From Hypanus sabinus (taxonomy: Eukaryota): 34,957 bases of DNA. The stretch spans positions 1-34,957 of the forward strand of contig NW_026780449.1 in the NCBI RefSeq assembly GCF_030144855.1, written 5' to 3'. Positions within the stretch are counted from its first letter, which is position 1. Each line of letters begins with the position of its first letter. The notes beneath the pieces are model-generated. The model had not been told where the DNA came from and did no database searches. It saw only the letters and a program-made list of their open reading frames with translations. This document shows positions 1 through 8,898 of the stretch, piece by piece. The position numbers and the translations under genes are program-made.

Positions 1-194
1 AGGGACCGTTTCTCACCTCAACACTAAATTAACTCCACGACCAATGGGCTCACTTTAAAGGACTCTACCAATCAGATTCTTAGGATGATTTATTCATCTC
101 TGTTATTTACATGATTCATCTTCGCTTCTACGTTGGTTGCCTTCAGTCTTTGTTTATGTTTGGTGTTGCATTATTTTTATTGTATTTCTAATTT

Positions 195-1155
195 TCCTGT
201 AGACTAATAACGTAGTAGAATGGATTAAAACTAACTTTAGCAAATTTGCAGAAAGCTGAGTGGCAGTGTGAAATATGAGGAGGATGTTGGGAGAATGCAG
301 GGTGATCTGGACAGGTTGGGTGAGTGGGAGATGCATGGCAGTTGCAGTTTAATGTGGATAAATGTGCGGTTATCCACTTTGGTGGGAAAACATGAAGGCA
401 GATTACTATCTGAATGGTGTCAAGTTTGGAAAAGACGAAGAACAACAAGATCTAGGTGTTCTTGTTCATCAGTCACTGAAAGTAACCATGCAGGTACAGC
501 CGGTAGTGAAGAAAGCTAATGGCATGTTGGCCTTCATAACAAGGGGAGTCGAGTACAGGAGCAAATAGGTTCTTCTGCTGTTGTACAGGGCCCTGGTGAG
601 ACCACACCCGGACTATTGTGTTCAGTTTTGGTCTCCAAATTAGAGGAAGGAGCATTCTTGCTATTGAGGGAGTCCAGCGTAGGTTCACGAGGTTGATTCC
701 CGCCATCCCGGGAAAGATTGGAGCGACTGGGCATGTATACATTGGAATTTAGAAGGAGGAGAGGAGATCTGATTGAAACATATAAGATTATTAAGGGATT
801 GGACACACTAGAGGCAGGAAACATGTTCCCGATGTTGGGGGGAGTCCAGAATCAGAGGCCACAGTTTAAGAATAAGGGGTAGGCCGTTTAGAACGGAGTT
901 GAGGAAAAACTTATTTTCACCCAGAGAGTTGTGGATCTGTGGAACGCTCTGCCTCAGAAGGCAGTGGAGGCCAGTTCTCTGGATGAATTCAAGAAAGAGT
1001 TAGATACAGCTCTTATAGATAGCAGAGTCAGGGGATACGGGGAGAAGGCAGGATCATTGGCACTGATTGTGGATGATCAGATTGAATGGCGGTGCTGGCT
1101 CAAAGGACAGAATGGCCTGCCCCTGTGTCTATTGTCTAATGTCTATTGTCTTGTC
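195..1155 (+). mobile_element. 5'-truncated CR1-type LINE (RT C-terminus and 3' UTR), decayed
   Basis: Frameshifted peptides DLDRLGEW, YYLNGVK, DLGVLVHQSLKV..QVQPVVKKANGMLAFITRGVEYRS and LWNALPQKAVEA, plus a (TATTGTC)-like tail at ~1130-1155, match CR1 ORF2 as known from cartilaginous fish. Confidence 0.92.
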
Positions 1156-1244
1156 AACTGCTCTGTAATGTCCCAACACCTGAATTCCATGATGTGACTG
1201 ATGGAGGCCAGCTTGTCAAATGGCTGCTTCAGCGCCGGGTCGGA

Positions 1245-1400
1245 TGGCGCTGGAAGCGATTCCAATGGGGTCTTTTAAAGCCTCTTCTAGAGATACACGG
1301 AGCTTAGGGACATAGAGGGCTATGCGCTAGGGAAACTCTAAGCCGTTCCTGGACCAGGTTGAATGGTCGGTACCACATTATGCTGCAGATTCTTATGGTC
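1245..1400 (+). mobile_element. Short decayed CR1-like 3' end
   Basis: GGGTCTTTTAAAG...ACACGGAGCTTAG...ATAGAGGGCTATG resembles a batoid CR1 3' terminus recalled from memory; not verified by search. Confidence 0.45.
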
Positions 1401-1417
1401 TGTGTTTTATTTTCCAG

Positions 1418-1730
1418 GTGTAAATGCTTTTCTCGGACACTGTGTGCGCTGACTACCTACACCAGTGCCCCTCAGGATTGCCTGCTCGACTCTCAGGAAT
1501 ACTGGGTTTGCACTGGTCAAACGCCACACAGGGTACGGTCTCCACTCGATACTACAATGGAGTGCTGGCACTAACCTGCTTGCTCACCCTCTCAACACCT
1601 GTTACCGCCGTCCAGCAACCCAGGATCCGGCTCATTTCTTGCATTCTCTGCCCACTTAGTTCATCTCCCCAAGGCCCAGCATCTCACGCTTATCCCTCTG
1701 AAACTCTGCAATTTCCGCGCAACCATTCCA
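1418..1730 (+). pseudogene. Probable highly decayed V-exon relic R1 (copies ~8900-9130 partial, ~16160-16472, ~24191-24503, ~34340-34655)
   Basis: Strong acceptor TGTGTTTTATTTTCCAG|, then LHQCPSGLPARLSGILGLHW aligns without gaps to VRQTPPALSAMPGSGMELHC (Cys->Trp). R-Y sits 11 residues later, at the Trp position, and a shifted frame gives ISRLSL*NSAI at the FR3 end. The span of ~310 nt is V-exon sized. Confidence 0.45.
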
Positions 1731-1899
1731 GAACATGGCATAAAGACTCCGCAGGTGGGGCGGCATCTGCGGGAAGCGGCCCGGTTAATGCTCCCGGACT
1801 GCGTTATTCCAGCAGGAGGCCGAGATGAGTGATTGTATCATTCACCTCCCAGACATCGCAACGTCTACGGCAAAAGACAACGCTTCCGCACGGAGACAT

Positions 1900-3560
1900 T
1901 ACATAAGAACATAAATACATAGGAAATTGGAAAATGGGTAGGCCATCCGGCCCATCGAAACAGCCCCGCCATTCAATAAGATTATGGCTGATCTGTCCGT
2001 AAACTCAGCTCCTTTTCCCCAGAACCCTTAATCCTCCTACTATGTAAAAACCTATCTTACTGTGTCTTAAATATGTTTAGTGAAGAACCGTCAACTGCTT
2101 TCCGGGGCAGGGAATTCCGCAGATTCACCACTCTTGGGGAAAAACATTTTCTCCGCATCTCCATCCTAAATCTACTGCCCTGAACTTACGGGGAGTGGAC
2201 AAGAGAATTCTCCTGAAACGTTTACTAAATCGGCCATTATGGAAAGGCGGAACATGCCAAGTCTCAGCCTTACAAAACGTGTCGCCTGTGGACAAGCCAG
2301 TTGTGGATCCACAAAGCAATGTCCCCTTGGATCCCATGCCTACTTACCTTGTCAAAAAGCCTTGCATGGGGTACCTTAGCAAATATCTTGCTGAAATCCA
2401 TATACACTACATCCACCGCTCTTCCTGCATCAATGTGTTTAGTCATACCCTGATAAATTCATTGAGGCTCGTAAAGCACGACCTGCCCTTTAGAAAGCCA
2501 TGGTGACTACTCCTAAACACATTATACCTTCTAATCATACTGTACATCTACACATGTTCATAAATCCTGTCTCCCAGGTTCTTCTCCATCAACTTACCAA
2601 CCATTGAGATAAGACTCACTGGTCTATAGTTTCCTGGGCTATACCTACTCACTTTCTTGAATAAAGGAACAACATTCACAACACTCCAGTCCTCGGAATC
2701 CTCCCCCGTCCCCATTGATGATGCAAAGATCATCGCCAGATGCTCGGCAATCTCCACCCCTGCCTCCCACAGAAGCCTGGGGTACATTGCAACCGTTCCC
2801 GTCGACCTATCCACCTTGATGCTTTCCAGAAGCTCCAGCACATCCTCTTTCTTAATAGCTTTATACTCAAGCTTTTCAGTCTGCTGGAAGTCATCACGAC
2901 AATCTCCAAGATCATTTTTCCACAGTGAATACTGAAGTAAAGTATTCATTAAGTCCCTCTTTTATTTCCTTCGGTTCCATCCACACTTTCCAACTGTCAC
3001 ACTTGATAGGTCCTCTTCTTTCACGTCTTATCCTCTTCCTTTTCGCATACCTGTAGAATGCCTTGGGGTTTTCCTTAATTCTGCCCTCCATGGCCTTCTC
3101 ATGGCCCCTTCTGGCTCTCCTAATTTCCTTCTTAAACTCCTTCCTAGTAGCCTTATATCCTTCTACATCTCTCACATTACCTAGCTCTCTCAACCTTTTG
3201 TAATTTTTCCTTTTCTTCTTGACTACATTAATTACAGCCTTTGTACCCAACGGTTCCTGCACCCGACCATAACTTCCCACTCATTGGAACGTAACTATAC
3301 ATAACTCCACACAAATATCCCCAGAATATTTGCCACATTTCTTCCGTACTGTTCCCTGAGAACATCTGTTTCCAATTTAAGCCTCCGTGTTCCTGCCTGA
3401 GAGCCTCAGAATTCCCCTTACTCCAATTAAACACTTTTCCAACTTGTCTGTTCCTATCTCACTCCAATGCTGTTGGAAAGGAGATCGAATTATGATCACT
3501 ATCTCCAAAATGTTCTCCCACTGACAGATCTGACACCTGACCAGGTTCATTTCCCACGGA
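1900..3560 (-). mobile_element. CR1-type LINE ORF2 fragment(s), internally deleted
   Basis: Minus strand gives endonuclease end SDLSVGEHFGDSDHNSI, KKEIRRARRGHEK..IKENPKAFY, YPRLLWEA and NYRPVSLISMVGKLME, a 3' RT/UTR piece, and a (TTCTTATG)-like tail at ~1900-1920. Confidence 0.92.
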
Positions 3561-3639
3561 CCAGGTTCAGTTCATTGCCGATCCAGCAAATAATATAATA
3601 AAAACACTCCTTTTTTAAAAATGTGCATCTTTGGTTACG

Positions 3640-3850
3640 CTCCGGAGAAGCCTTTGATGTCGATCGCCCAACCACTTCATGGGGAGAGCCGCATGCTCTC
3701 ACTAACTGGGACTTTAAAGCCCTGGTTAAGGAAACTTTCTTCAACACATTTAACAAACGGCTTCCGATCTCGACCTTCTACACAACGGAGTCCCAGTCAA
3801 TAGTTCGAAAGTTAAAATCACCTAATATTACAACCTTATCTTTCTTGTAA
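3640..3850 (+). pseudogene. Possible decayed V-exon relic R2 (copies ~9967-10177, ~18184-18394)
   Basis: ETFFNTFNKRLPISTFYTTESQSIVRKLKSPN..[fs]YLS(TCT) aligns to TRBV20/29-type FR3 (ATYESGF..DKFPISRPNLTFSTLTVSNMSPEDSSIYLC, from memory). SGEAFDVD-R(CGC) lies at the first Cys position. Confidence 0.3.
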
Positions 3851-3959
3851 CGGGATGCTATGTCACCAGAAATTTACTCCGTTTACTTTCTATACCATAA
3901 TCCGGTTAACGTGGTTATATTTTCTTGTTTCTCAGTTCTACCCATGATCAATCACCGGC

Positions 3960-4262
3960 CGATCTACCCAGTCTGCAATGAGCAGTGCCGAGACATTTTC
4001 CAAAACTGGAAATGCCAGATATCCCACCACCACTTCATCCTCTCGCTCTTTCCCGGCGACAAAAGCGGAACCCCGGATCACAGCTGCCAGCCCTACCCAT
4101 TCTTCAACCAACGACTCCTGAAGGGTGAAGTCCGTCCCCGGGTGCTGTCTGTACAGCGGTGTTAACCAATCAGAATCGGTGACGTAGTTAGTGCAGCACC
4201 CTCAGCCGCGTCATAACGTTTGACACGTTATCATAACGCCAGAGATTCTGCGCATGCTGGGA
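3960..4262 (-). pseudogene. Possible decayed V-exon relic R3 (copies ~10310-10610, ~18520-18830, ~25670-25970)
   Basis: C.TNYVTDSDWLTP-L-YRQHPGTD(F/L)TL resembles CDR1-FR2 (WYRQ.PG.GLTL). AGACAGCACCCGGGGA is identical to the inverted pseudogene at ~27766-27781. An HE1-SINE core origin is an alternative. Confidence 0.3.
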
Positions 4263-4344
4263 ATCCAAAGGGGAGATCAGCACGCCTGGCAGCATCCATG
4301 GAAATGAACGCCACGGGCCGTGACGCTTCCCCGGGACCGGGAAG

Positions 4345-4680
4345 GAAATTAGAAGAAGCCAAAAGTAAAAGTTAAGGGGAGGAGGAAGAGGTTTGACAGG
4401 AAATGAATCGGTAGATGTGGTTGAGAAATGTCAGGGTCAGGTGATGAAGGAATCTGATATGGGAGGTGAGTGAACGAAAGGGGAAAGGAAAGGAGGACCG
4501 TCACGGGGTAGGGGGTGATAGCCAGGTGAGAAGAGGTAAGAGATCACAGTGGGGAATGGAAGAAGGGGGGAGCTTGAGAGATTTCTTTCAAACGGAAGGA
4601 GAAATTGATACTCACGTTATCAGGTTCGATTTGCCCAGATGGAATATAAGGTGCTACTGCCCACCCTCTAACATCGCGGT
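4345..4680 (-). mobile_element. Penelope-like element 3' relic (GIY-YIG C-terminus and purine-rich flank); copies ~10710-11045, ~18930-19265, ~26070-26415
   Basis: Minus strand across a frameshift reads Q*HLIFHLG../PDNVSINFSF, resembling the Penelope end EQHLIFRLG.LQP.GMNIDFSNF (from memory). Confidence 0.6.
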
Positions 4681-5466
4681 CTAATCAGGTGTCACTTACT
4701 TCGTAATCTATCTCTGTCTCTATCCGAGACACGGGCATGTGCGGAGATGGTGAAGGAATCGGTGATGGCAATCGTTATTCGCTTTAATTCGGCTCGGTAT
4801 TTGTCGAAGATTTCGTGGACGGAACGCCTGTTGTTCTGCTTGCCGCCAGCAGGAGGTCGCTGTTTGGAGAGAAAAGGAAAGGATTGTTTTTCCCCAGTTG
4901 GTGTGTGGATTGCCGTTTCGAAAAGTTGCCTCCTGGGCATGCGCAGTTCCTTCGACCGCTTCCCGATGATGATTAGTTGTTTAGGTTTGGACAAGCTCTC
5001 GTATTTGACCATGTTTCGGAGGAGTTTCGTTTAGTATCGTGGGGAGTTTGAAGCTCTATTCGTTTTTAACACTTTTACTTAACTTGCAGGGATTAAATCA
5101 GCACGGTATTCTGAATGGACGTCATTGCAGTTGCTGTCTTTGGGGATCGTTGCTTCGACTGGCCCCTGATGTTGTCTAAGTAGTCATCAATCCCTGCGTG
5201 ATTTCCTAAGGGGGTATTTCGAGCGGGGCGATAGGGGCGGGTGCGTCTTGCTAATCTCTCTTTACTCATTCGCTCTGAATCCTTGTCTGAGCAAGGTCCT
5301 CTTGTATCCTTAGTGTTTTCAGTCCTTCAAGATTCTGAAGTGAACCTGAGCTCCGTTTTGCTTGGCTAGTTGATTTTTTTTAATACATCTTTGCTTCAGT
5401 TTTGAATTGCCGAAGTCCCTGTCATTCCTGCACCCGAGTGTCACTGACGATTACGTATTTTCTTCT

Positions 5467-5495
5467 ATTTCATTTCATTTAGAGATACAGCGCGG
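5467..5495 (-). mobile_element. HE1-like SINE/LINE 3' tail stub; copies 11832-11860 and 20049-20077
   Basis: Minus strand CCGCGCTGTATCTCTAAATGAAATGAAAT matches the chondrichthyan SINE terminus CCGCGCTGTATCTCTAAA(CTAAA)n recalled from memory. Confidence 0.6.
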
Positions 5496-6129
5496 CAGAT
5501 ATTCGAACTGAGAGGTGAAGCCAGAGCTCCTGGGTGGGGTGGGGATGGCGGGGGGAGCCAGACGTAGTCACGTGGAGAAAGTACCATCTCCTGACAGCGA
5601 GCGCCAGAGTTCAGTTCGTAACTCCGGGATAGATAAATGCCCCTCAGGCTGATGCACAGTAACGGTCTCATAGGCGCATGCGCCAAACGCCGTCAAGTGG
5701 GAATAGTGTAAATGGACATCTTGTTCGGCGAGGATCATATGGGCGGCGAAATTTCTTCCCGTGTGAGCTTCAGTGCATGAACCAGATTCAATCTGATCCC
5801 AAAGGTCAATTGGGCAAATTTCAAAGTGTCTATCGATGCACCTCGATCGTAAACGCTTCCATATCTCGCCCAGGCTTTCCGCTCCGGAGACACACCACCC
5901 TCCGTGCAAGAAAATCGTTCCTTAAAACATTCCTCACTCTCATCTAAAGTTGATGAGAGCCGGGAACTGACATTTATTCACACTGTGGAAGCATCTCTGA
6001 CTCACGACTCCATCAGCGCCTCTCATAATCATATAAATGTACATCACGGCCAATGAAAGCTTTGAACTCGGGCACACTCCGAGTTATAACCGCGACGCGC
6101 TACATGCGATTCCAACTGCTTCGTAAAGG

Positions 6130-6815
6130 TCGTGCTTGGGAAGGTGTTAGCGTCCATTATTAAGGACGAGGTTTCGGGGTACTTGGAGACTTTCAATAAA
6201 ATAAGAAATTCTTTTTTTGTGAAGGAAAATCTTGCGTGACTAAGAGTCCTTCGAGGAAGTAACAAACAGGGTGGACAAAGGAAAGACAGTGGATGTCTTT
6301 CACTTGGATTTTCAGAATGGATTTGATAAGGCGCCACAAATGAGGCCGCTAAACATGATAAAATCCGATGGCGTTACAGGTCAGATACTGGCCTGGAGGG
6401 AGGAATGGCTGATAGGCAGCAGGTAGGGAGTGGGAATAAAAGGGGCCTTTTCTGGTTGGTTGCCGGTGACTAGTGATGTCCGTCAGGGGTCAGTGATGGG
6501 ACCGCTACTTTTCACAATGTTTGTCAATTATTTGGATAATTGAATTGATGACTTTGTCTCGAAAAGTGAAGATGATCCGAAGATACGCTGAGGGGCAGTT
6601 AGTGCTGAGGAGACAATTCGTTTACAAAAGGATCTAGACAACTTGGAAGAATGGCCAGAAAACTGGCAGATGGAGTACAGCGTTGGGAAATGTATGATAA
6701 TGCATTTTGGTAAAAGGAACAATAGTGAGGACTATTGAGGACTATTATCTAAACGGGGAGAATGTTCAAACATCAGAGCTGCAGACTGTGTTAAATAAGG
6801 CAAAAGCAAGGTCCG
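6130..6815 (+). mobile_element. CR1-type LINE RT core fragment
   Basis: Decayed EEVT.RVDKG..VDV..LDFQ..FDK.P, SDVRQGSV.GPLLF and DLDNLEEW..NWQMEYSVGKC.IMHFG motifs. Confidence 0.9.
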
Positions 6816-7045
6816 TGCCGGCTGTATCGTGTTCATTCCTATTGGAGCGAAGTGCGACTATTATCCTCCGGCGCAAAAGCACATTAAATGCTGTTAGCCA
6901 GGCTAACCAGAGGGGGGCGCCATCCTCGCCGTGACCGGAAGAAACGCCCCATCATTTGATTGACAGCCTCTGTCGTCACGCTTCTCAGTGCGGAGGCGGC
7001 CTGCCCTCTTTTTATTGACAGCCCCGCCTCTCGGGCAACGTTGGA

Positions 7046-7084
7046 GGTTTTTGTTCGGCCTCACCATCTGTTCGGGCGGCTGTG
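7046..7084 (-). other. 23-bp-spacer recombination signal sequence of V1
   Basis: Minus strand reads CACAGCC (7084-7078), 23-nt spacer, ACAAAAACC (7054-7046; consensus nonamer), directly after the codons TGC GCC TGG AGT CTA. Confidence 0.97.
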
Positions 7085-7652
7085 TAGACTCCAGGCGCAG
7101 AAATAACGAGCCGAGTGATCGGCAGTCAAACTTTTAGAAATCAGATTGAACTGGTTGTTCTTCCTCTGGGCCGTTAACCCGTCCGCTGTTTCCTTCGGTT
7201 CAGCATGCTCGTTGCCCATCGAGTAGATCAAGAGCTGAGGGCCACTCCCCGGGTACTGTCTGTACCAGTACATGTAATGAGTATTACCACCTCCATCCGC
7301 CGTGCAATGCAACTCCATTCCGCTGCCGGGCATAGCGGAGAGTGCGGGTGGAGTCTGCCTGACGGTCACCGAGTTCCCACCTGTGGACAGAGAGCGGAAA
7401 ACCGGTGAGGAATAAGAGACGTGTTGACCGAGTGGGGAGCCGCGACTGGCGGAACGAGACGAACATGTAACGAGGCAGGGAGACTGTCAGTTATCGGCTG
7501 GGTGGGGGAACCTGGGAAGAGAAATAATCGAGAATGGAGTATCTGATGAATGTGGAAGCGAGTGAGGGGAGAAATTAGATAGTGAACGAAATGAACTAAC
7601 AGCCAATCCAGGACATGATCCACAGGAACAGAAACATTTTTTTCCGGTTCAT
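7085..7652 (-). CDS. TRBV: TCR beta V gene segment V1, apparently functional (leader exon 7652-7601, intron 7600-7381, V exon 7380-7085)
   Basis: Leader MNRKKMFLFLWIMSWIG, then donor T|GTTAGT, a 220-nt intron and acceptor CTCTCTGTCCACAG|. The spliced frame gives (C)GNSVTVRQTPPALSAMPGSGMELHC...YMYWYRQYPGSGPQLLIYS...HSARYFCAWSL with both Cys and the Trp of a V-set domain, ending at a 23-RSS. The CAWS end and frameworks resemble mammalian TRBV30 (compared from memory). Confidence 0.93.
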
Positions 7653-7725
7653 TCTCTCCGATATTGACGGGGAAGAGGTGGTAACGGGGAGGTAGGATGA
7701 GGCAGATTCGCTCTTTGCCCGTGGA

Positions 7726-7800
7726 TGTGACATTATAGATTGGAGATAAGCCACGCCCCTTCTGCTGATATAACCAATCCGAATCAATGTGACGGTCAAT
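7726..7800 (-). promoter_or_regulatory. Putative V1 promoter
   Basis: TATAAT about 80 nt upstream of the leader ATG (7737-7732), AGATAA GATA site (7744-7749), GCCACGCCCC GC/KLF box (7750-7759) and CCAAT (7774-7778). The same arrangement lies upstream of all five V genes. The motifs are seen; function is inferred. Confidence 0.55.
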
Positions 7801-7865
7801 GTAATTCGATCCGAGGCACTATATTTACACTATTGAAGTTCATGTTAACAGCCGTAGTGATAGCT

Positions 7866-7866
<1 letters not shown>

Positions 7867-7902
<36 letters not shown>

Positions 7903-7961
7903 CACTCTCTCTCTCGATGTCACTCTCTCTCTCCCTCTTTCTCTCTTTAACTTCCCTTCTC
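7867..7961. repeat. (CT)n/(CA)n microsatellite upstream of the V1 promoter, running into a gap
   Basis: TCTCTC...ACACAC...CTCTCT read directly. Confidence 0.95.
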
Positions 7962-8125
7962 NNNNNNNNNNNNNNNNNNNNNNNNNNNNNNNNNNNNNNN
8001 NNNNNNNNNNNNNNNNNNNNNNNNNNNNNNNNNNNNNNNNNNNNNNNNNNNNNNNNNNNNNNNNNNNNNNNNNNNNNNNNNNNNNNNNNNNNNNNNNNNN
8101 NNNNNNNNNNNNNNNNNNNNNNNNN
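7962..8125. other. Assembly gap (N)
   Basis: Run of n. Confidence 1.
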
Positions 8126-8599
8126 CGGGGCTCTGCAGTTCTCCGAAGAACAATTGTTTTCCTACAACCGTCTGGCTCCGGAACCAGGCGGATGTCTTCA
8201 CTCGCCTCCACCGTAACCTCCAAGCTGCGCGGGTGAGCGGCCGGGCTGTAACTGAAATACCCCCGGCGCATATCGCCTTCGTCGGCGCGCAGCTGGAAAT
8301 GCATTTTATGAGAATGTCTTGTTAAAGCGCAGCGCGGTTTTCCGGGCCGTGTTCTACAAATCCTGTTCGGAGCAATGGCTGGTCCACGCAGCTGACATAA
8401 AATGAAGGGACCGTTTCTCACCTCAACACTAAATTGACTCCACGACCAATGGGCTCACTTTCAAGGACTCTACCAATCAGATCCTTAGGATGATTTATTC
8501 ATCTCTGTTATTTACATGATTCATCTTCGCTTCTACCTTGGTTGCCTTCAGTCTTTGTTTATGTGTGGTGTTCCATTAATTTTATTGTATTTCCAATTG

Positions 8600-8898
8600 T
8601 CCTGTAGATTAATGATTTAGTAGAATGGATTAAAACTAATGTCAGCAAATTTGCAGATGACACGAGGCTGGGTGGCAGCGTGAAATATGAGGATGTTGGG
8701 AGAATGCAGGGTGATCTGGACAGGTTGTGTGAGTGGGCAGATGCATGGCAGATGCAGTTTAATGTATATAAATGTGAGGTTATCCACTTTCCTGGCAAAA
8801 CATGAAGTCAGATTACTACCTGAATGGGGTCGTTCGGAAAAGACGAAGAACAACAAGATCTCGGTGTTCTTGTTCATCAGTCACTAAAAGTAACCATG
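8600..8898 (+). mobile_element. CR1 fragment (unit-2 copy of 195-1155, truncated by deletion)
   Basis: Homologous to 195-490. Confidence 0.88.

Larger units (their letters stand above)
1..8405. repeat. Tandem duplication unit 1 (8.4 kb)
   Basis: The marker AGGGACCGTTTCTCACCTCAAC recurs at 1, 8406, 14742, 22772, 30380 and 32922, followed by the same order of CR1, spacer and V blocks. The unit start is set arbitrarily at this marker. Confidence 0.95.

Noticed and set aside
2548-3434. CR1-derived ORFs as host genes or an active retrotransposon
   Set aside because: The sequence is fragmented by stops, frameshifts and deletions, with no full ORF2 in any unit.
4692-5034. Overlapping 106-aa (-) and 95-111-aa (+) ORFs repeated in units 1-3
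   Set aside because: No recognisable domain or splice structure, persistence is explained by recent duplication, and the ORFs are truncated in unit 4. The NSARYLS / HSARYFC resemblance (~4786-4806) is too short to call.
6065-6085. Hairpin AACTCGG-7 nt-CCGAGTT
   Set aside because: The stem is broken in the unit-2 and unit-3 copies, so it is not conserved.
5700-6120. CpG-rich block with short ORFs (…SLTHDS…) as a further V relic
   Set aside because: There are no consistent Cys or Trp anchors in any frame, so the similarity is at chance level.
6957-6966. TGATTGACAG PBX/PREP-type decamer 3' of V1 (also 28647-28656)
   Set aside because: The last base is T in the other three copies and a single 10-mer is weak evidence.
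7061-7084. ORF-track C-terminal extension HSRPNRW on V1, V2, V3 and V5
   Set aside because: It is read-through of the RSS heptamer and spacer, not protein. The ORF-track start M is a GTG inside the spliced exon.
7085-7652. NAR-TCR-type supporting V, IgH or IgNAR V identity
   Set aside because: Each V has its own leader exon and a single 3' 23-RSS, I saw no Ig octamer upstream, and the CAWS end and frameworks fit TRBV.
7726-7735. TGTGACATTA as the mammalian TRBV CRE decamer (AGTGACATCA)
   Set aside because: Only 8/10 match, it overlaps the TATA-like box, and it is changed to TGTGAAATTA in V2, V3 and V5.
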